Below, piece by piece: positions 19,343-29,256 of a stretch of 64,000 bases of DNA (position 1 is its first letter; the number at the start of each line of letters is the position of its first letter). The position numbers and the translations under genes are program-made. The stretch is taken from NCBI GenBank assembly GCA_965220745.1, contig CBDCQT010000012.1:768001-832000 (forward strand). The letters are read 5' to 3'. The notes beneath the pieces were generated by a model. That model made no database searches. It saw only the letters and a list, made by a program, of their open reading frames with translations, and was not told the DNA's origin. The stretch comes from Alphaproteobacteria bacterium. Its GTDB lineage: Bacteria > Pseudomonadota > Alphaproteobacteria > UBA828.

Positions 19343-19795
19343 TCAGACCTCCTGTGCCGCTGTGCGGACCGCCGCGAAGATCCGCTGGTAGGTACCGCAG
19401 CGACAGATGTTGCCGGCCATGCCGTCAACGATCTCTTCGTCGCTGGGGTCGGGGTTCTCGTTGAGCAGCGCCGCCGCCGACATGATCTGCCCGGACTGGC
19501 AGTAGCCGCACTGCGGCACGTTGTGAGCGCGCCACGCCCGCTGCACGGGGTGGTTGCCCTCGGGATCGAGACCCTCGATGGTGGTGACGTCCCTGCCGTC
19601 GGCCTCCGATACCGGGGTGACGCAGGAGCGGACGGCCTCACCGTCCACGTGAATTGTGCATGCGCCGCAGAGCGCTGCGCCGCAGCCGAACTTGCTCCCT
19701 GTCAGTCCGAGCTCGTCTCGGACGTACCAGAGAAGCGGCATGTCAGGATCGCCGTGAAATTGGCGACTGACGCCGTTGATCTTCAGCGAAATCAT
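19343..19795 (-). CDS. (2Fe-2S)-binding subunit (IorA/CoxS-like)
   Basis: [23 protein letters not shown]. Confidence 0.95.
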   Translation of the reverse strand: MISLKINGVSRQFHGDPDMPLLWYVRDELGLTGSKFGCGAALCGACTIHVDGEAVRSCVTPVSEADGRDVTTIEGLDPEGNHPVQRAWRAHNVPQCGYCQSGQIMSAAALLNENPDPSDEEIVDGMAGNICRCGTYQRIFAAVRTAAQEV

Positions 19796-19960
19796 TGGCC
19801 CTCTCCTGTAGTCGCCGACCGGCCCTTTACGGGCAGCCTGATTCGGATGTTAGTCGATGCCCGGAACCGCCTCCAGCAAGATCGGGAGTTCCGGCGAATT
19901 TTGGAGAGGGGGCGTTGGAATCCGTCGCCGAGAGGGTGTATTGGCAGCGTGCCGGGTCGC

Positions 19961-20815
19961 TCAAAGCCCGTAGCGGGACCACCAGAGGCGGGCTTCGATA
20001 GCGCCGAGCAGGTCACCGGCCAGCGAGCCGGCCTCCTCGCCATCGCCCCCGAGAAGGAGGCCCGGACGCAAGCGCCGCGCCAGCCACCCGCGCGGGCGGC
20101 CGATCTTGCGCATGACCACCTTGCGGCCGTAGCGCTCGCGCAGAACGCTCCGGATATCGCCGATGCCGTCGGCGAGCCCCAGGCCGATCGCCTTTCGCCC
20201 CAGCCAGAACTCGCCGCTGAAGAGGTCGGGATCGCTCTCGGCGAGGCGGGCGCCGCGCCTGGCGCGGATTAGCTCCTTGAAGTTGTCGTGAATGTCCCCC
20301 TGCACCCGGCGCAGGCGATCGAGATCGTCCGGTTGCACGGCGATGAAGGGGTCGAGCAGCGACTTCTTCTCGCCCGCGGTGTAGAGCCGCCGCTCGACGC
20401 CGAGCTTCTCGATGGCTTCGTGGAAGCCGAAGCCCGAATAGATGACGCCGATGCTGCCGAGGATGGAGTTGTCGTCCACGAAAATCTCGTCGGCCGCCGC
20501 GGCGAGCCAGTATCCGCCGGATGCGGCGACATCCTCTACGAAGGCCATCACCGGCACGTCGCGTTCCGCCGCAAGCGCGCGAATCCGGTTGTGGATCAGT
20601 GCCGACTGCGCCGCGGAGCCGCCCGGCGAATTGATTTCGAGCGCCACGGCTTTCAGCCCCGGCTGGCGGAAGGCCCGTTGCAGCAAGGGAGCGACTCCCT
20701 CCATGCTGATCCGGCCGCCGAACATGCCAGGCCGCCCGATCACGCCGGAAAGCCGCACGACAGAGACCACCGGCGGCGGGCGCCGGAAGGTCAGGCGCGC
20801 CAGCAACCGCCTCAT
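19961..20815 (-). CDS. S49 family peptidase (SppA-like)
   Basis: INSPGGS, AASGGY, GSIGV. Confidence 0.92.
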   Translation of the reverse strand: MRRLLARLTFRRPPPVVSVVRLSGVIGRPGMFGGRISMEGVAPLLQRAFRQPGLKAVALEINSPGGSAAQSALIHNRIRALAAERDVPVMAFVEDVAASGGYWLAAAADEIFVDDNSILGSIGVIYSGFGFHEAIEKLGVERRLYTAGEKKSLLDPFIAVQPDDLDRLRRVQGDIHDNFKELIRARRGARLAESDPDLFSGEFWLGRKAIGLGLADGIGDIRSVLRERYGRKVVMRKIGRPRGWLARRLRPGLLLGGDGEEAGSLAGDLLGAIEARLWWSRYGL

Positions 20816-21606
20816 CAGTCCTCTTCCTCCAGGAGGGCGAGCGCGCCGCCGCCGCGCAGGACTCGGTCCGCCGTGTGGGAGTAGCTGCCGTCGTCGTCGT
20901 GCAGGATCATGCCGCAGGCGATCTGCAAGGGCCCGCCATGCTCGGCCGTCGCCTGCACGATGATGCGGTTCGCGGTCTTCTTGGTGCGCGCACCGCTGAA
21001 AGGATTATGAGACCACAGCGGATAGACGACGATGGCGCCGGCCCGGGCCTGTGACAGACCGCCCAGAATCTGGGCCAGACGCTCCGGCCGATGAATGATC
21101 GTGATGGAGCCGCCAGGGCGGACCATCCGGGCGCAGAACTCGAGCCAGGCGTCGAGGCCGGTCGCGCCTTCCACCGTCGCCTGCGCGCGGCTGCGGGAGG
21201 CCGGCACCTGGTTTGCGCCCTGCTCGAAGAAAGGCGGGTTCGCGAACACGTGGTCGAAGCCCTTCGGTGACAATTTGGGCGGCGGTCTCTCGAAATCGCC
21301 GACCCACACATCGAGCCATTCCTCCAGCCCGTTGAGCGCGGCGTTGTCCTTGGCGAGCTGGGCGAAGGCGCGGTCCACCTCGATCCCGGTGACGTGCAGG
21401 CCGGTGACACGGCTCGCGAGGCAGAGGGCGCCGGCGCCCACGCCGCAGCCGACATCGAGCGCGCGCTCGCCGTCCGAGGCCGGCACCGCGGCCGCGAGCA
21501 GGACCGGATCGATCGCGACCCGATAGCCCGCCGCCGGCTGGTTCAGCGCGACCCTGCCGCCCAGCAGCGTGTCGCTGGTGACCCGCGCGGACTCGGTCTC
21601 AGTCAT
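20815..21606 (-). CDS. SAM-dependent methyltransferase, tRNA1(Val) A37 N6-methyltransferase-like
   Basis: GYR..IDPVLLAA, LDVGCGVG, NPPF; typical position next to DUF2007 and ispB. Confidence 0.85.
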   Translation of the reverse strand: MTETESARVTSDTLLGGRVALNQPAAGYRVAIDPVLLAAAVPASDGERALDVGCGVGAGALCLASRVTGLHVTGIEVDRAFAQLAKDNAALNGLEEWLDVWVGDFERPPPKLSPKGFDHVFANPPFFEQGANQVPASRSRAQATVEGATGLDAWLEFCARMVRPGGSITIIHRPERLAQILGGLSQARAGAIVVYPLWSHNPFSGARTKKTANRIIVQATAEHGGPLQIACGMILHDDDGSYSHTADRVLRGGGALALLEEED

Positions 21607-21811
21607 CGAGCGCGCCGACTTCCCTCAAGATGCGCCGTGCCGCATCGGCGTCCTCGTCGGCGACCATGAGCCGGCGAGGGATCGCGCCTGCGCTCCCTTC
21701 CAGCACGCTCATGTGCTGATCGAGCACGATGGGCTCGATGCCGCCGTCTCTCAGCACGGCGCCGAGGAACGAGAGCTGCACCAGGTCGTTCGTGCGCAGG
21801 AGCTCGACCAT
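21599..21811 (-). CDS. DUF2007 domain protein
   Basis: MVELLRTND.V..SF..A.L...GI..D..MS.LEGS...IPRR pattern. Confidence 0.85.
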   Translation of the reverse strand: MVELLRTNDLVQLSFLGAVLRDGGIEPIVLDQHMSVLEGSAGAIPRRLMVADEDADAARRILREVGALDD

Positions 21812-21936
21812 TCTGTCCCGACTCCCGTGGCGGGCCCACTCGATTCGTGTCGAACCGCGCGCCAAGTGTTACGTTGGCGCCGGCGCGGTTGCGCATGGAT
21901 GCCCTTGCGCGCGCGCGCCGTCAAGCGAGAGGGTCT

Positions 21937-22974
21937 ATGTCGGACACGGTCGTTCCGCTCGAAGGGCGGGCTGCTGCGCGGCGCAAGGCGGCCTCCGGGG
22001 CCTCGCTGGACCCGCTTCACGGGCTGGTCGCGGAAGATCTGCGTGCCGTCAACGGCGTCATTCTGGACAACATGGAAAGCTCGGTGATGCTCATTTCGGA
22101 GCTCGCCGCGCACATCGTCGCAGCCGGCGGAAAGCGTCTCCGGCCGATGATGACGCTCGGCGCCGCCCGGCTCTGCGGCTACACCGGCAAGCGCCACATC
22201 GACCTCGCCGCCTGCGTCGAGTTCATTCACACCGCGACCCTGCTCCACGACGACGTGGTCGACGACAGCGCACTCAGGCGGGGCACGGCGACCGCTAACG
22301 CGGTCTGGGGCAACAAGCCGAGCGTGCTGGTGGGCGACTTCCTGTTCAGCCGCGCGTTTCAGATCTCCGTCGCCGACGGCTCGCTCCGCGTGCTCGGCAT
22401 CCTCGCCGACACTGCTGCCACTCTCGCCGAAGGCGAGGTGATGCAGCTCACCACTTCGAACGACACCGAGACCAGCGAAGCCGCCTATATGAAGGTGGTG
22501 ACCGCGAAGACCGCAGCGCTCTTCGCCGCCGCCTGCCAGCTCGGCGCGGTGGTGGCAGAGCGCTCCGCCGCCGAGGAGGAGGCGCTCAGGAGCTTCGGGC
22601 TCAATCTCGGCATCGCCTATCAATTAGTCGACGACGCCCTCGACTACGGCGCCCGCGAAGCGGTGCTCGGCAAGTCGGTGGGCGACGATTTCCGCGAAGG
22701 CAAGATCACGCTGCCCGTGGTGCTGGCGTTTCGCCGGGGCGACGATGAGGAGCGCGCCTTCTGGCGGCGCACCATGGAGGACGAGGAGCAGGGAGACGAC
22801 GACTTCGCGCACGCGATGGCCCTGCTCACCCGCCATGACGCGATCGCCGATTCGGTGGAGCGGGCGCGTCACTACAGCGCGATGGCCCGCGACGCGCTCG
22901 GCCTGTTCCCCGCGTCCGAGGCGAAGGACGCCCTGCTCGACGTGGTGGATTTCTGCACCGAACGGGCGCACTGA
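21937..22974 (+). CDS. ispB: Polyprenyl (octaprenyl/decaprenyl) diphosphate synthase
   Basis: GGKRLRP, LLHDDVVD..RRG, QLVDDALD, GDDFREGK. Confidence 0.92.
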   Translation: MSDTVVPLEGRAAARRKAASGASLDPLHGLVAEDLRAVNGVILDNMESSVMLISELAAHIVAAGGKRLRPMMTLGAARLCGYTGKRHIDLAACVEFIHTATLLHDDVVDDSALRRGTATANAVWGNKPSVLVGDFLFSRAFQISVADGSLRVLGILADTAATLAEGEVMQLTTSNDTETSEAAYMKVVTAKTAALFAAACQLGAVVAERSAAEEEALRSFGLNLGIAYQLVDDALDYGAREAVLGKSVGDDFREGKITLPVVLAFRRGDDEERAFWRRTMEDEEQGDDDFAHAMALLTRHDAIADSVERARHYSAMARDALGLFPASEAKDALLDVVDFCTERAH

Positions 22975-22998
22975 CGCAAAGGCGCGCCCGGTCGCGCG

Positions 22999-23517
22999 TC
23001 AGCGCATCTCCTTCGGCATCCTGAAGGCCACCAGTCGCGCGCTCCCGTCCCTGAACGCGGCCCAGTCGTCGATCCCGGTCTCGAAGATGGCGAGCGCTGC
23101 CGTCGGGAACCGTGTGGAGAGCCGGGCGTAATTCGGTCCCGGCTCGCGTCGGCCGAGCGCGAGCGCCAGCGCGTGAATGCCGGGGTTGTGGCCGATGAGG
23201 AGGACGCCGGGCTCGCTGCCGCCGGCCTCGGCCACGGCGTAAAGGAGAGTCGACGGGCTGCCCATGTAGATGTCGTCGACGATTCGGCGCGGCGGGTTCT
23301 CGCCGAAGCCTTCGCAAAACGACTCGCAGGTCTCCACGGTGCGCCGCGAGGGCGAGCAGAGAATCAGCGTCGGCGGTTGCGCCTGGTCGCGGCAGAAGGC
23401 ACCCATGCGCTGGCTCTCTTTCCGGCCTCTGCCGACCAGCGCGCGTTCCAGGTCGCCGCCGCCGGGCGGCATGCCGGCCTGCGCCTTGCCGTGGCGCATC
23501 AGGTAGAGCCGCCGCAC
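22999..23517 (-). CDS. sixA: Histidine phosphatase, SixA-like
   Basis: LYLMRHGKA, CSP..RT..T, IGHNPG; GTG start with GAGGAGG RBS. Confidence 0.82.
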   Translation of the reverse strand: MRRLYLMRHGKAQAGMPPGGGDLERALVGRGRKESQRMGAFCRDQAQPPTLILCSPSRRTVETCESFCEGFGENPPRRIVDDIYMGSPSTLLYAVAEAGGSEPGVLLIGHNPGIHALALALGRREPGPNYARLSTRFPTAALAIFETGIDDWAAFRDGSARLVAFRMPKEMR

Positions 23518-23617
23518 GCCGCCTCCTCGCTCACGCTCGCCGTCCGCTCGTATTCGCCGTTTGCAATCGCGGTGGCGCGCGACCAGAATCGCGCCCCGTT
23601 TCGGCGATGGGGAGATC

Positions 23618-25261
23618 ATGATGGGCGGCACGCGCACCGACAAGAGCCCGTATGAGGCCGGGCTCGAGCGCAACGACGCGAACTACGTCCCTCTGACCCC
23701 GCTCTCCTTCCTGCGCCGCGCCGCAGCGGTATTCCCCGAGCGGACGGCCTGGATTCACGGTAGCCGTCACGCGAGCTACGCCGAATTCTACGCGCGCTGC
23801 CGGCGACTCGCGTCGGCGTTGGCGAAGCGCGGCGTCGGCCCTGGCGATACGGTCGCCATCATGTCCCCCAACACGCCAGCGATGCTGGAGGCGCACTACG
23901 GCGTTCCCATGTGCGGCGCCGTGCTCAACGCGCTCAACTACCGGCTGGATGCCGCCTCGCTCGGCTTCATCCTCGATCACGCCGATGCCAGGGTGCTGCT
24001 CACCGACCGCTCGTTCTCACCCGTCATTGCCGACGCGCTCGTGCGGGCCGAAGCGGCGCCGCTGGTCATCGATATCGACGATGCGCCCGAGGAAGGCGGC
24101 GACCTGCTCGGCGGGATCGAATACGAGGCGTTGTTGGCCGGCGGCGATCCCGAGTACGACTGGCGCTGGCCCGAGGACGAGTGGGAGGCGATCTCGCTCA
24201 ACTACACCTCCGGCACCACGGGCAACCCCAAGGGGGTTGTCTATCACCACAGGGGTGCTTACCTGAACTCGCTCGGCGACGGCGTCACCTGGGCCATGCC
24301 GCATGGGCCGGTCTATCTCTGGACGCTGCCCATGTTCCACTGCAACGGCTGGTGCTTCACCTGGGCGGTCAGCGCCTATGCGGGGACGCACGTGTGCCTG
24401 CGCAAGGTCGAGGCGGGCGCCATCTTTCAGATGATTGCCGAGCACGGGGTCACGCATTTCTGCGGCGCGCCCATCGTGCTCAACCTGCTCAGCAACGCGA
24501 GCGAGGAGGAGCGCGTGCCCTTCGACCACCGTGTCGAGGTGATGACCGCCGCGGCCCCGCCGCCCGCCGCCGTCATCGCGCGCATCGAGGCGGCCGGCTT
24601 CCACGTCACTCACGTCTATGGGCTGACCGAGGTTTACGGCCCGGCCACCGTGTGCGCCTGGCACGACGACTGGGACGCGCTGCCGCTCCAGGAAAAGGCG
24701 GCGCTCAAGGCCCGCCAGGGCGTCGCTTACCCCACCCTCGACGGGCTCATGGTGGCCGACTCCAAGACGCTGGAGCCCGTGCCGCCGGACGGCCAGACCA
24801 TGGGTGAGGTCTTCATGCGTGGCAACACCGTGATGAAGGGTTATCTCGCCAATCCCCAGGCGACCGAGGAGGCCTTCGCCGGCGGCTGGTTCCACACCGG
24901 CGACCTCGGCGTGGTTCACGCCAACGGCTACATCGAGCTCAGGGACAGGGCCAAGGACATCATCATCTCGGGCGGCGAGAACATCTCCACCATCGAGGTC
25001 GAGGGTGCGCTCTACCGCCACCCGGCGGTGCTGGAGGCTGCCGTGGTGGCGCGGCCCGACGAGACCTGGGGCGAGACGCCCTGCGCCTTCGTCACGCTGA
25101 AGGACGGCGAGCAGGTCGACGAGGCCGCGCTGATCGACTTCTGCCGGGGCGAGCTTGCGCGCTACAAGTGCCCGAAGACCGTGGTGTTCGGCGCGCTGCC
25201 CAAGACCTCGACCGGCAAGGTCCGCAAGTACGTACTGAGGGAGCGCGCCGCCGCGCTCTGA
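23618..25261 (+). CDS. Acyl-CoA synthetase (AMP-binding)
   Basis: YTSGTTGNPKG, YGLTE, GWFHTGD, DRAKDIIISGGEN, LPKTSTGK. Confidence 0.93.
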   Translation: MMGGTRTDKSPYEAGLERNDANYVPLTPLSFLRRAAAVFPERTAWIHGSRHASYAEFYARCRRLASALAKRGVGPGDTVAIMSPNTPAMLEAHYGVPMCGAVLNALNYRLDAASLGFILDHADARVLLTDRSFSPVIADALVRAEAAPLVIDIDDAPEEGGDLLGGIEYEALLAGGDPEYDWRWPEDEWEAISLNYTSGTTGNPKGVVYHHRGAYLNSLGDGVTWAMPHGPVYLWTLPMFHCNGWCFTWAVSAYAGTHVCLRKVEAGAIFQMIAEHGVTHFCGAPIVLNLLSNASEEERVPFDHRVEVMTAAAPPPAAVIARIEAAGFHVTHVYGLTEVYGPATVCAWHDDWDALPLQEKAALKARQGVAYPTLDGLMVADSKTLEPVPPDGQTMGEVFMRGNTVMKGYLANPQATEEAFAGGWFHTGDLGVVHANGYIELRDRAKDIIISGGENISTIEVEGALYRHPAVLEAAVVARPDETWGETPCAFVTLKDGEQVDEAALIDFCRGELARYKCPKTVVFGALPKTSTGKVRKYVLRERAAAL

Positions 25262-25287
25262 CGCGGCGCCGGGTGGCCGGGCGAGCG

Positions 25288-26037
25288 ATGCGAACGACCC
25301 TGTCCGGCCTCGTCGCGCTTGCCGCAACGGCTCTGCTGCTTTTCGCGAACTCCGCCATCGCCGCGGCCGATGACGATCGGTTTGCCGAGGCGCGGGCGGC
25401 GATGGTGCGCGCCGTCGCGCTCGACGCCGAGCGCACCGCCGAGTGGATCGGCAAGGAAAAGCTGGCGCCTCGCGTGATGGAGGCGATGGGGCGGGTGCCG
25501 CGCCATCTCTTCGTGCCGCCGGAGCTGCAGGACTTCGGCTACCTCAACAGGCCACTCCCTATCGGCTACGGCCAGACCATCTCGCAGCCCTATATCGTCG
25601 CGTTGATGACCGACTTGCTGGCGCCGGAGCCCGACGATGTGGCGTTCGAGCTCGGCACCGGGTCGAGCTATCAGGCGGCGGTGCTGGCCGAGCTCGTCGC
25701 CCAGGTCTACACGGTCGAGATCGTGGAGCCGCTGGCCGCGAGCGCCACGGATCGGCTCGACGCGCTCGGCTACCACAACGTGACCGTGCGGGCCGGCGAC
25801 GGCTACTTCGGCTGGCCCGAGCACGCACCCTTCGACATCATCGTCGTCACGGCGGCAGCGAGCCATGTGCCGCCGCCGCTCATCGCCCAGCTCAAGCCCG
25901 GCGGGCGCATGGTGATCCCGGTGGGCAGCCCGTTCCTCACCCAGCAACTCCTGCTCATCCAGAAGGGGGAGGACGGCGCCGTGACCAGCCGCCAGATCTT
26001 GCCGGTCATCTTCGTTCCGCTGACCGGCGGGCACTGA
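25288..26037 (+). CDS. pcm: Protein-L-isoaspartate O-methyltransferase with an N-terminal signal peptide
   Basis: VPRHLFVP, GQTISQPYIV, ELGTGSSYQAA, APFD.I.VTAA, QLKPGGRMV, V.FVPL; Sec-type leader ending in AIA-A. Confidence 0.88.
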   Translation: MRTTLSGLVALAATALLLFANSAIAAADDDRFAEARAAMVRAVALDAERTAEWIGKEKLAPRVMEAMGRVPRHLFVPPELQDFGYLNRPLPIGYGQTISQPYIVALMTDLLAPEPDDVAFELGTGSSYQAAVLAELVAQVYTVEIVEPLAASATDRLDALGYHNVTVRAGDGYFGWPEHAPFDIIVVTAAASHVPPPLIAQLKPGGRMVIPVGSPFLTQQLLLIQKGEDGAVTSRQILPVIFVPLTGGH

Positions 26038-26043
26038 CACAGA

Positions 26044-28512
26044 GTGGCGGGCGAGGGCGCGGGAGAGGGAACGCACGGCCCGTCCCGTCTCGCCGTCTTC
26101 TTCGCCGTGGCGCTGCTCGCGGCCGGCATTCTGGGCTACGAGATCCTGCTCGCGCGCCTGCTGGCGATCGTGCACTGGCACCACTTCGCCTACATGATCA
26201 TCGCCGTCGCGCTGCTGGGTTTCGGCGCAGCGGGCAGTGTGGTCGCGGTATTCCAGACGCCGCTGCTCGCGCGCTTTCGCTGGACCTTCGGCGGCGCGGC
26301 ATTGGGTTTCGGGGCCGGGGCGCCCTTGGCCTTCGCGCTGGCGCAGTCGCTCCCGTTCAACGCGCTCGAGATCGCGTGGGACCGCGCACAGCTCGGCTGG
26401 CTCTTCGCTCTCTACCTTGTGTTGTCGGTGCCGTTCTTCAGCGCGGCGCTGGCCCTGGCGCTGGCCTTTCGGGCGCACGCCGAGCGCGCCGGCGCGCTCT
26501 ACCGCATGGACTTGGTGGGCGCGGGCCTCGGGGCGCTGGGCATGGTGTTTCTGCTGGACGCCCTGCCGCTCGCCGATGCGCTGCGGGTCGTGGGTGCGCT
26601 GGGCGCCGCTGCGGGCGGCATGGTCCTGCTGACCGGGAGCGTCCGCCGGCTCGCGCAGGGCGGCGCACTGCTGGCGGTGTGCGCAGGGCTCGCCCTGCCC
26701 GCGGCGCTCCCCGATCACTGGCTGCGCCCGCACCCTTCGCCCTACAAGGGCTTGAGCCTGGCGCTGACCGCGCCCGAGGCGCGCATCGTCGCGGAGCGTC
26801 ACGGCCCGCTCGGCTGGCTCGCCGCGGTCGAGAGTCCGGCCGTGCCCTTCCGCCATGCGCCCGGCCTCAGCCTGATGGCGCCGGCCGGCCCGCCGGAGCA
26901 GGTCGGGCTTTTCACCGACGGCGGTGCCCCCAGCGCGATCACCCGCGCCGATGCCGACCTGCGTTATCTGGAGGCCGAGACCGCCGCGCTCCCCTACCAT
27001 CTGGTCGAGAACCCGCGGGTGCTGGCGCTGGGTGCCGGTGGCGGGGCGGAAGTGCTGCGGGCATTGCGCCATGGCGCGAACGCCGTCGATGCGGTGGAGC
27101 TGAACCCGGACGTGCTCGCCATCGTGCGCCAGGTGCTGGCGGAGGCGGCCGGAGCCGCGTGGGAGGGAGAGAGCGTCCGCACCCACGTTGCCGACGCCCG
27201 AAGCTTCGCCGCACGCACCGCAGAACAGTGGGACCTGATCCAGATCGCGCTGGTGGATTCCTTCAGTGCCGCGGCGGCAGGCGTGCACGCCCTCGACGAA
27301 TCGATGCTCTATACGGTGGAGGCGTTCGAGACCTTTCTGGATCGTCTTGCGCCGGGCGGCGTATTGGCCGTCACCCGCTGGCTCAAGCTGCCGCCGCGGG
27401 ACTCGCTCAGGCTGCTCTGGACCGCGCGGCGGGCGCTGGAGGCACGGGGCGTCGCCGATCCGGCCTCGCATATCATCATGATTCGCGGCTGGAAGACGAC
27501 GACACTGGTAATCGGAAACGAGCCCTTCTCCGGTCTCGCAATGGACCGGCTGCGTGCCTTCGCCAACGACTATGCCTTCGATCTGGTCTGGCATCCGGGG
27601 ATCGCCGAGGGCGACGCCAACCACCACAACCGCCTGGCCGAACCCGAGTTCTATCGCGGCGCCTCAGCGATACTTGGCCCCGATCCGGAGGGATACGCGG
27701 CCCGCTACAAGTTCGCCCTCACGCCCGCGACCGACGACCGGCCATTCTTCTTCCACACGCTCAAGTGGTCGACCCTGCCCGAGCTGCTCGCGCTGCGTGC
27801 GCAGGGCGGGCTGCCGCTGATCGAATGGGGCTTCGTGATCCTCGTCGCGACCTTGGTGCAGGCGTTTGTCGCCGCGGCCTTGTTGATCCTGGCACCGCTG
27901 CTCGCGCTCCGCACCCGGCGCACGACGGACGCGCGTCCACCCGCCCGCTGGCGGGTGGTGCTCTTCTTCGCGTGCCTTGGGTTGGCGTTCCTCTTCATCG
28001 AGATCGCCTTCATGCAGCGCTTCGCGGTGTTTCTCGGGCATCCGCTCTACGCCATCGCGGTGGTGCTCGCCGGCCTCCTGGTCTTCGCCGGTCTGGGCGC
28101 GGGCGCGATCGATCGCCTCTCACGCCTGGCTGGATGCAGGCCGCCCATCGTGATTGTGGCGGCTGGGATCATCGCCGTCGGCGGTGCTTATCTGGGGCTG
28201 CTGCCCTGGGTGTTCGAGGCGGCGCAGGGCTGGCCGACCGCCGCGCGCCTCGCCGTGGCGCTCGCGCTGCTCGGCCCCATCGGCTTCTTCCTCGGGATGC
28301 CGTTCCCGCTCGGGCTCAAGGCCCTCGGCGCGCGCGCGCCGGCGCTGGTGCCCTGGGCCTGGGGGATCAACGCCTGCGCCTCGGTGGTGAGCGCCTCACT
28401 CGCGACCTTCATCGCGCTCCATGTCGGCTTCACGCCCGTGCTCGGCTGTGCTTTGGTGCTCTATGCCCTGGCTGCGGCCTTCCCGCCGCAGGCGGCGGAG
28501 GCCCCTCGATAG
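26044..28512 (+). CDS. Multi-pass membrane protein with a central spermidine-synthase-like/SAM-binding domain
   Basis: Hydrophobic N- and C-terminal thirds; central LALGAGGG..V, AVELNP, DAR.F and TDDRPFF motifs; C-terminal GMPFP.G and WAWGIN. Confidence 0.82.
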   Translation: MAGEGAGEGTHGPSRLAVFFAVALLAAGILGYEILLARLLAIVHWHHFAYMIIAVALLGFGAAGSVVAVFQTPLLARFRWTFGGAALGFGAGAPLAFALAQSLPFNALEIAWDRAQLGWLFALYLVLSVPFFSAALALALAFRAHAERAGALYRMDLVGAGLGALGMVFLLDALPLADALRVVGALGAAAGGMVLLTGSVRRLAQGGALLAVCAGLALPAALPDHWLRPHPSPYKGLSLALTAPEARIVAERHGPLGWLAAVESPAVPFRHAPGLSLMAPAGPPEQVGLFTDGGAPSAITRADADLRYLEAETAALPYHLVENPRVLALGAGGGAEVLRALRHGANAVDAVELNPDVLAIVRQVLAEAAGAAWEGESVRTHVADARSFAARTAEQWDLIQIALVDSFSAAAAGVHALDESMLYTVEAFETFLDRLAPGGVLAVTRWLKLPPRDSLRLLWTARRALEARGVADPASHIIMIRGWKTTTLVIGNEPFSGLAMDRLRAFANDYAFDLVWHPGIAEGDANHHNRLAEPEFYRGASAILGPDPEGYAARYKFALTPATDDRPFFFHTLKWSTLPELLALRAQGGLPLIEWGFVILVATLVQAFVAAALLILAPLLALRTRRTTDARPPARWRVVLFFACLGLAFLFIEIAFMQRFAVFLGHPLYAIAVVLAGLLVFAGLGAGAIDRLSRLAGCRPPIVIVAAGIIAVGGAYLGLLPWVFEAAQGWPTAARLAVALALLGPIGFFLGMPFPLGLKALGARAPALVPWAWGINACASVVSASLATFIALHVGFTPVLGCALVLYALAAAFPPQAAEAPR

Positions 28513-28536
28513 CAAGACACACCGGAGAAACGGCCG

Positions 28537-29256
28537 ATGAAGTTCCTCGTGCTCCAGCACATCGACATCGAGCATCCGGGCATCTTTCGCGACTTCATGC
28601 GCGCCGACGGAGTCGAATGGGACGCGGTCGAGCTCGACGAGGGCGAGGCGATCCCGCCCCTGGAGGGCTATGACGCGCTGATCTCCATGGGCGGGCCGAT
28701 GGATGTCTTCGAGGAGGAGGAGCATCCCTGGCTCGTGGACGAGAAGGTGGCCATTCGCGAGGCCGTGGCGGAGCGCGACATGCCCTTCCTCGGCGTCTGC
28801 CTCGGCCATCAGTTGCTTGCCGATGCACTCGGCGGCCGGGTGGAGACCATGGCCGAGCCCGAGGTCGGCATCATGACGGTCGATCTCACCGAGGCCGGGC
28901 GCGTGGACCCGCTGCTCGCCGGCCTCGATCCGACCGTGACCTGCCTGCAATGGCATGGCTGCGCGGTGACCGCGATGCCCGAAGGCGGCGTCAGCCTCGC
29001 CTCGTCGCCGCTCTGCGCAGTCCAGGCCTTCCGGGTCGGGCGCCACGCCTACGGGCTGCAGTATCACGTGGAGCTGACACCGACGACGGTTGGCGATTGG
29101 GGCGCCGTGCCGGCCTATCAGGATTCGCTGGAGCGGGCGCTGGGCTCCGACGGCCTCGCGCCGTTCGAAGCCGAGGCCGCGCGGAATATGCCCTCCTTCA
29201 ACCGGGACGCCCGCATCCTCTACGACAACTTCATGACGCTGGTGCGCAGCAGTTAG
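28537..29256 (+). CDS. Type 1 glutamine amidotransferase
   Basis: GGPMD, LGVCLGHQ, QYHVE. Confidence 0.9.
   Translation: MKFLVLQHIDIEHPGIFRDFMRADGVEWDAVELDEGEAIPPLEGYDALISMGGPMDVFEEEEHPWLVDEKVAIREAVAERDMPFLGVCLGHQLLADALGGRVETMAEPEVGIMTVDLTEAGRVDPLLAGLDPTVTCLQWHGCAVTAMPEGGVSLASSPLCAVQAFRVGRHAYGLQYHVELTPTTVGDWGAVPAYQDSLERALGSDGLAPFEAEAARNMPSFNRDARILYDNFMTLVRSS

Noticed and set aside
25443-28673. 1076-aa ORF overlapping pcm and the membrane protein
   Set aside because: Arg/Ala/Gly-rich alternative frame typical of high-GC DNA; the real genes occupy other frames.
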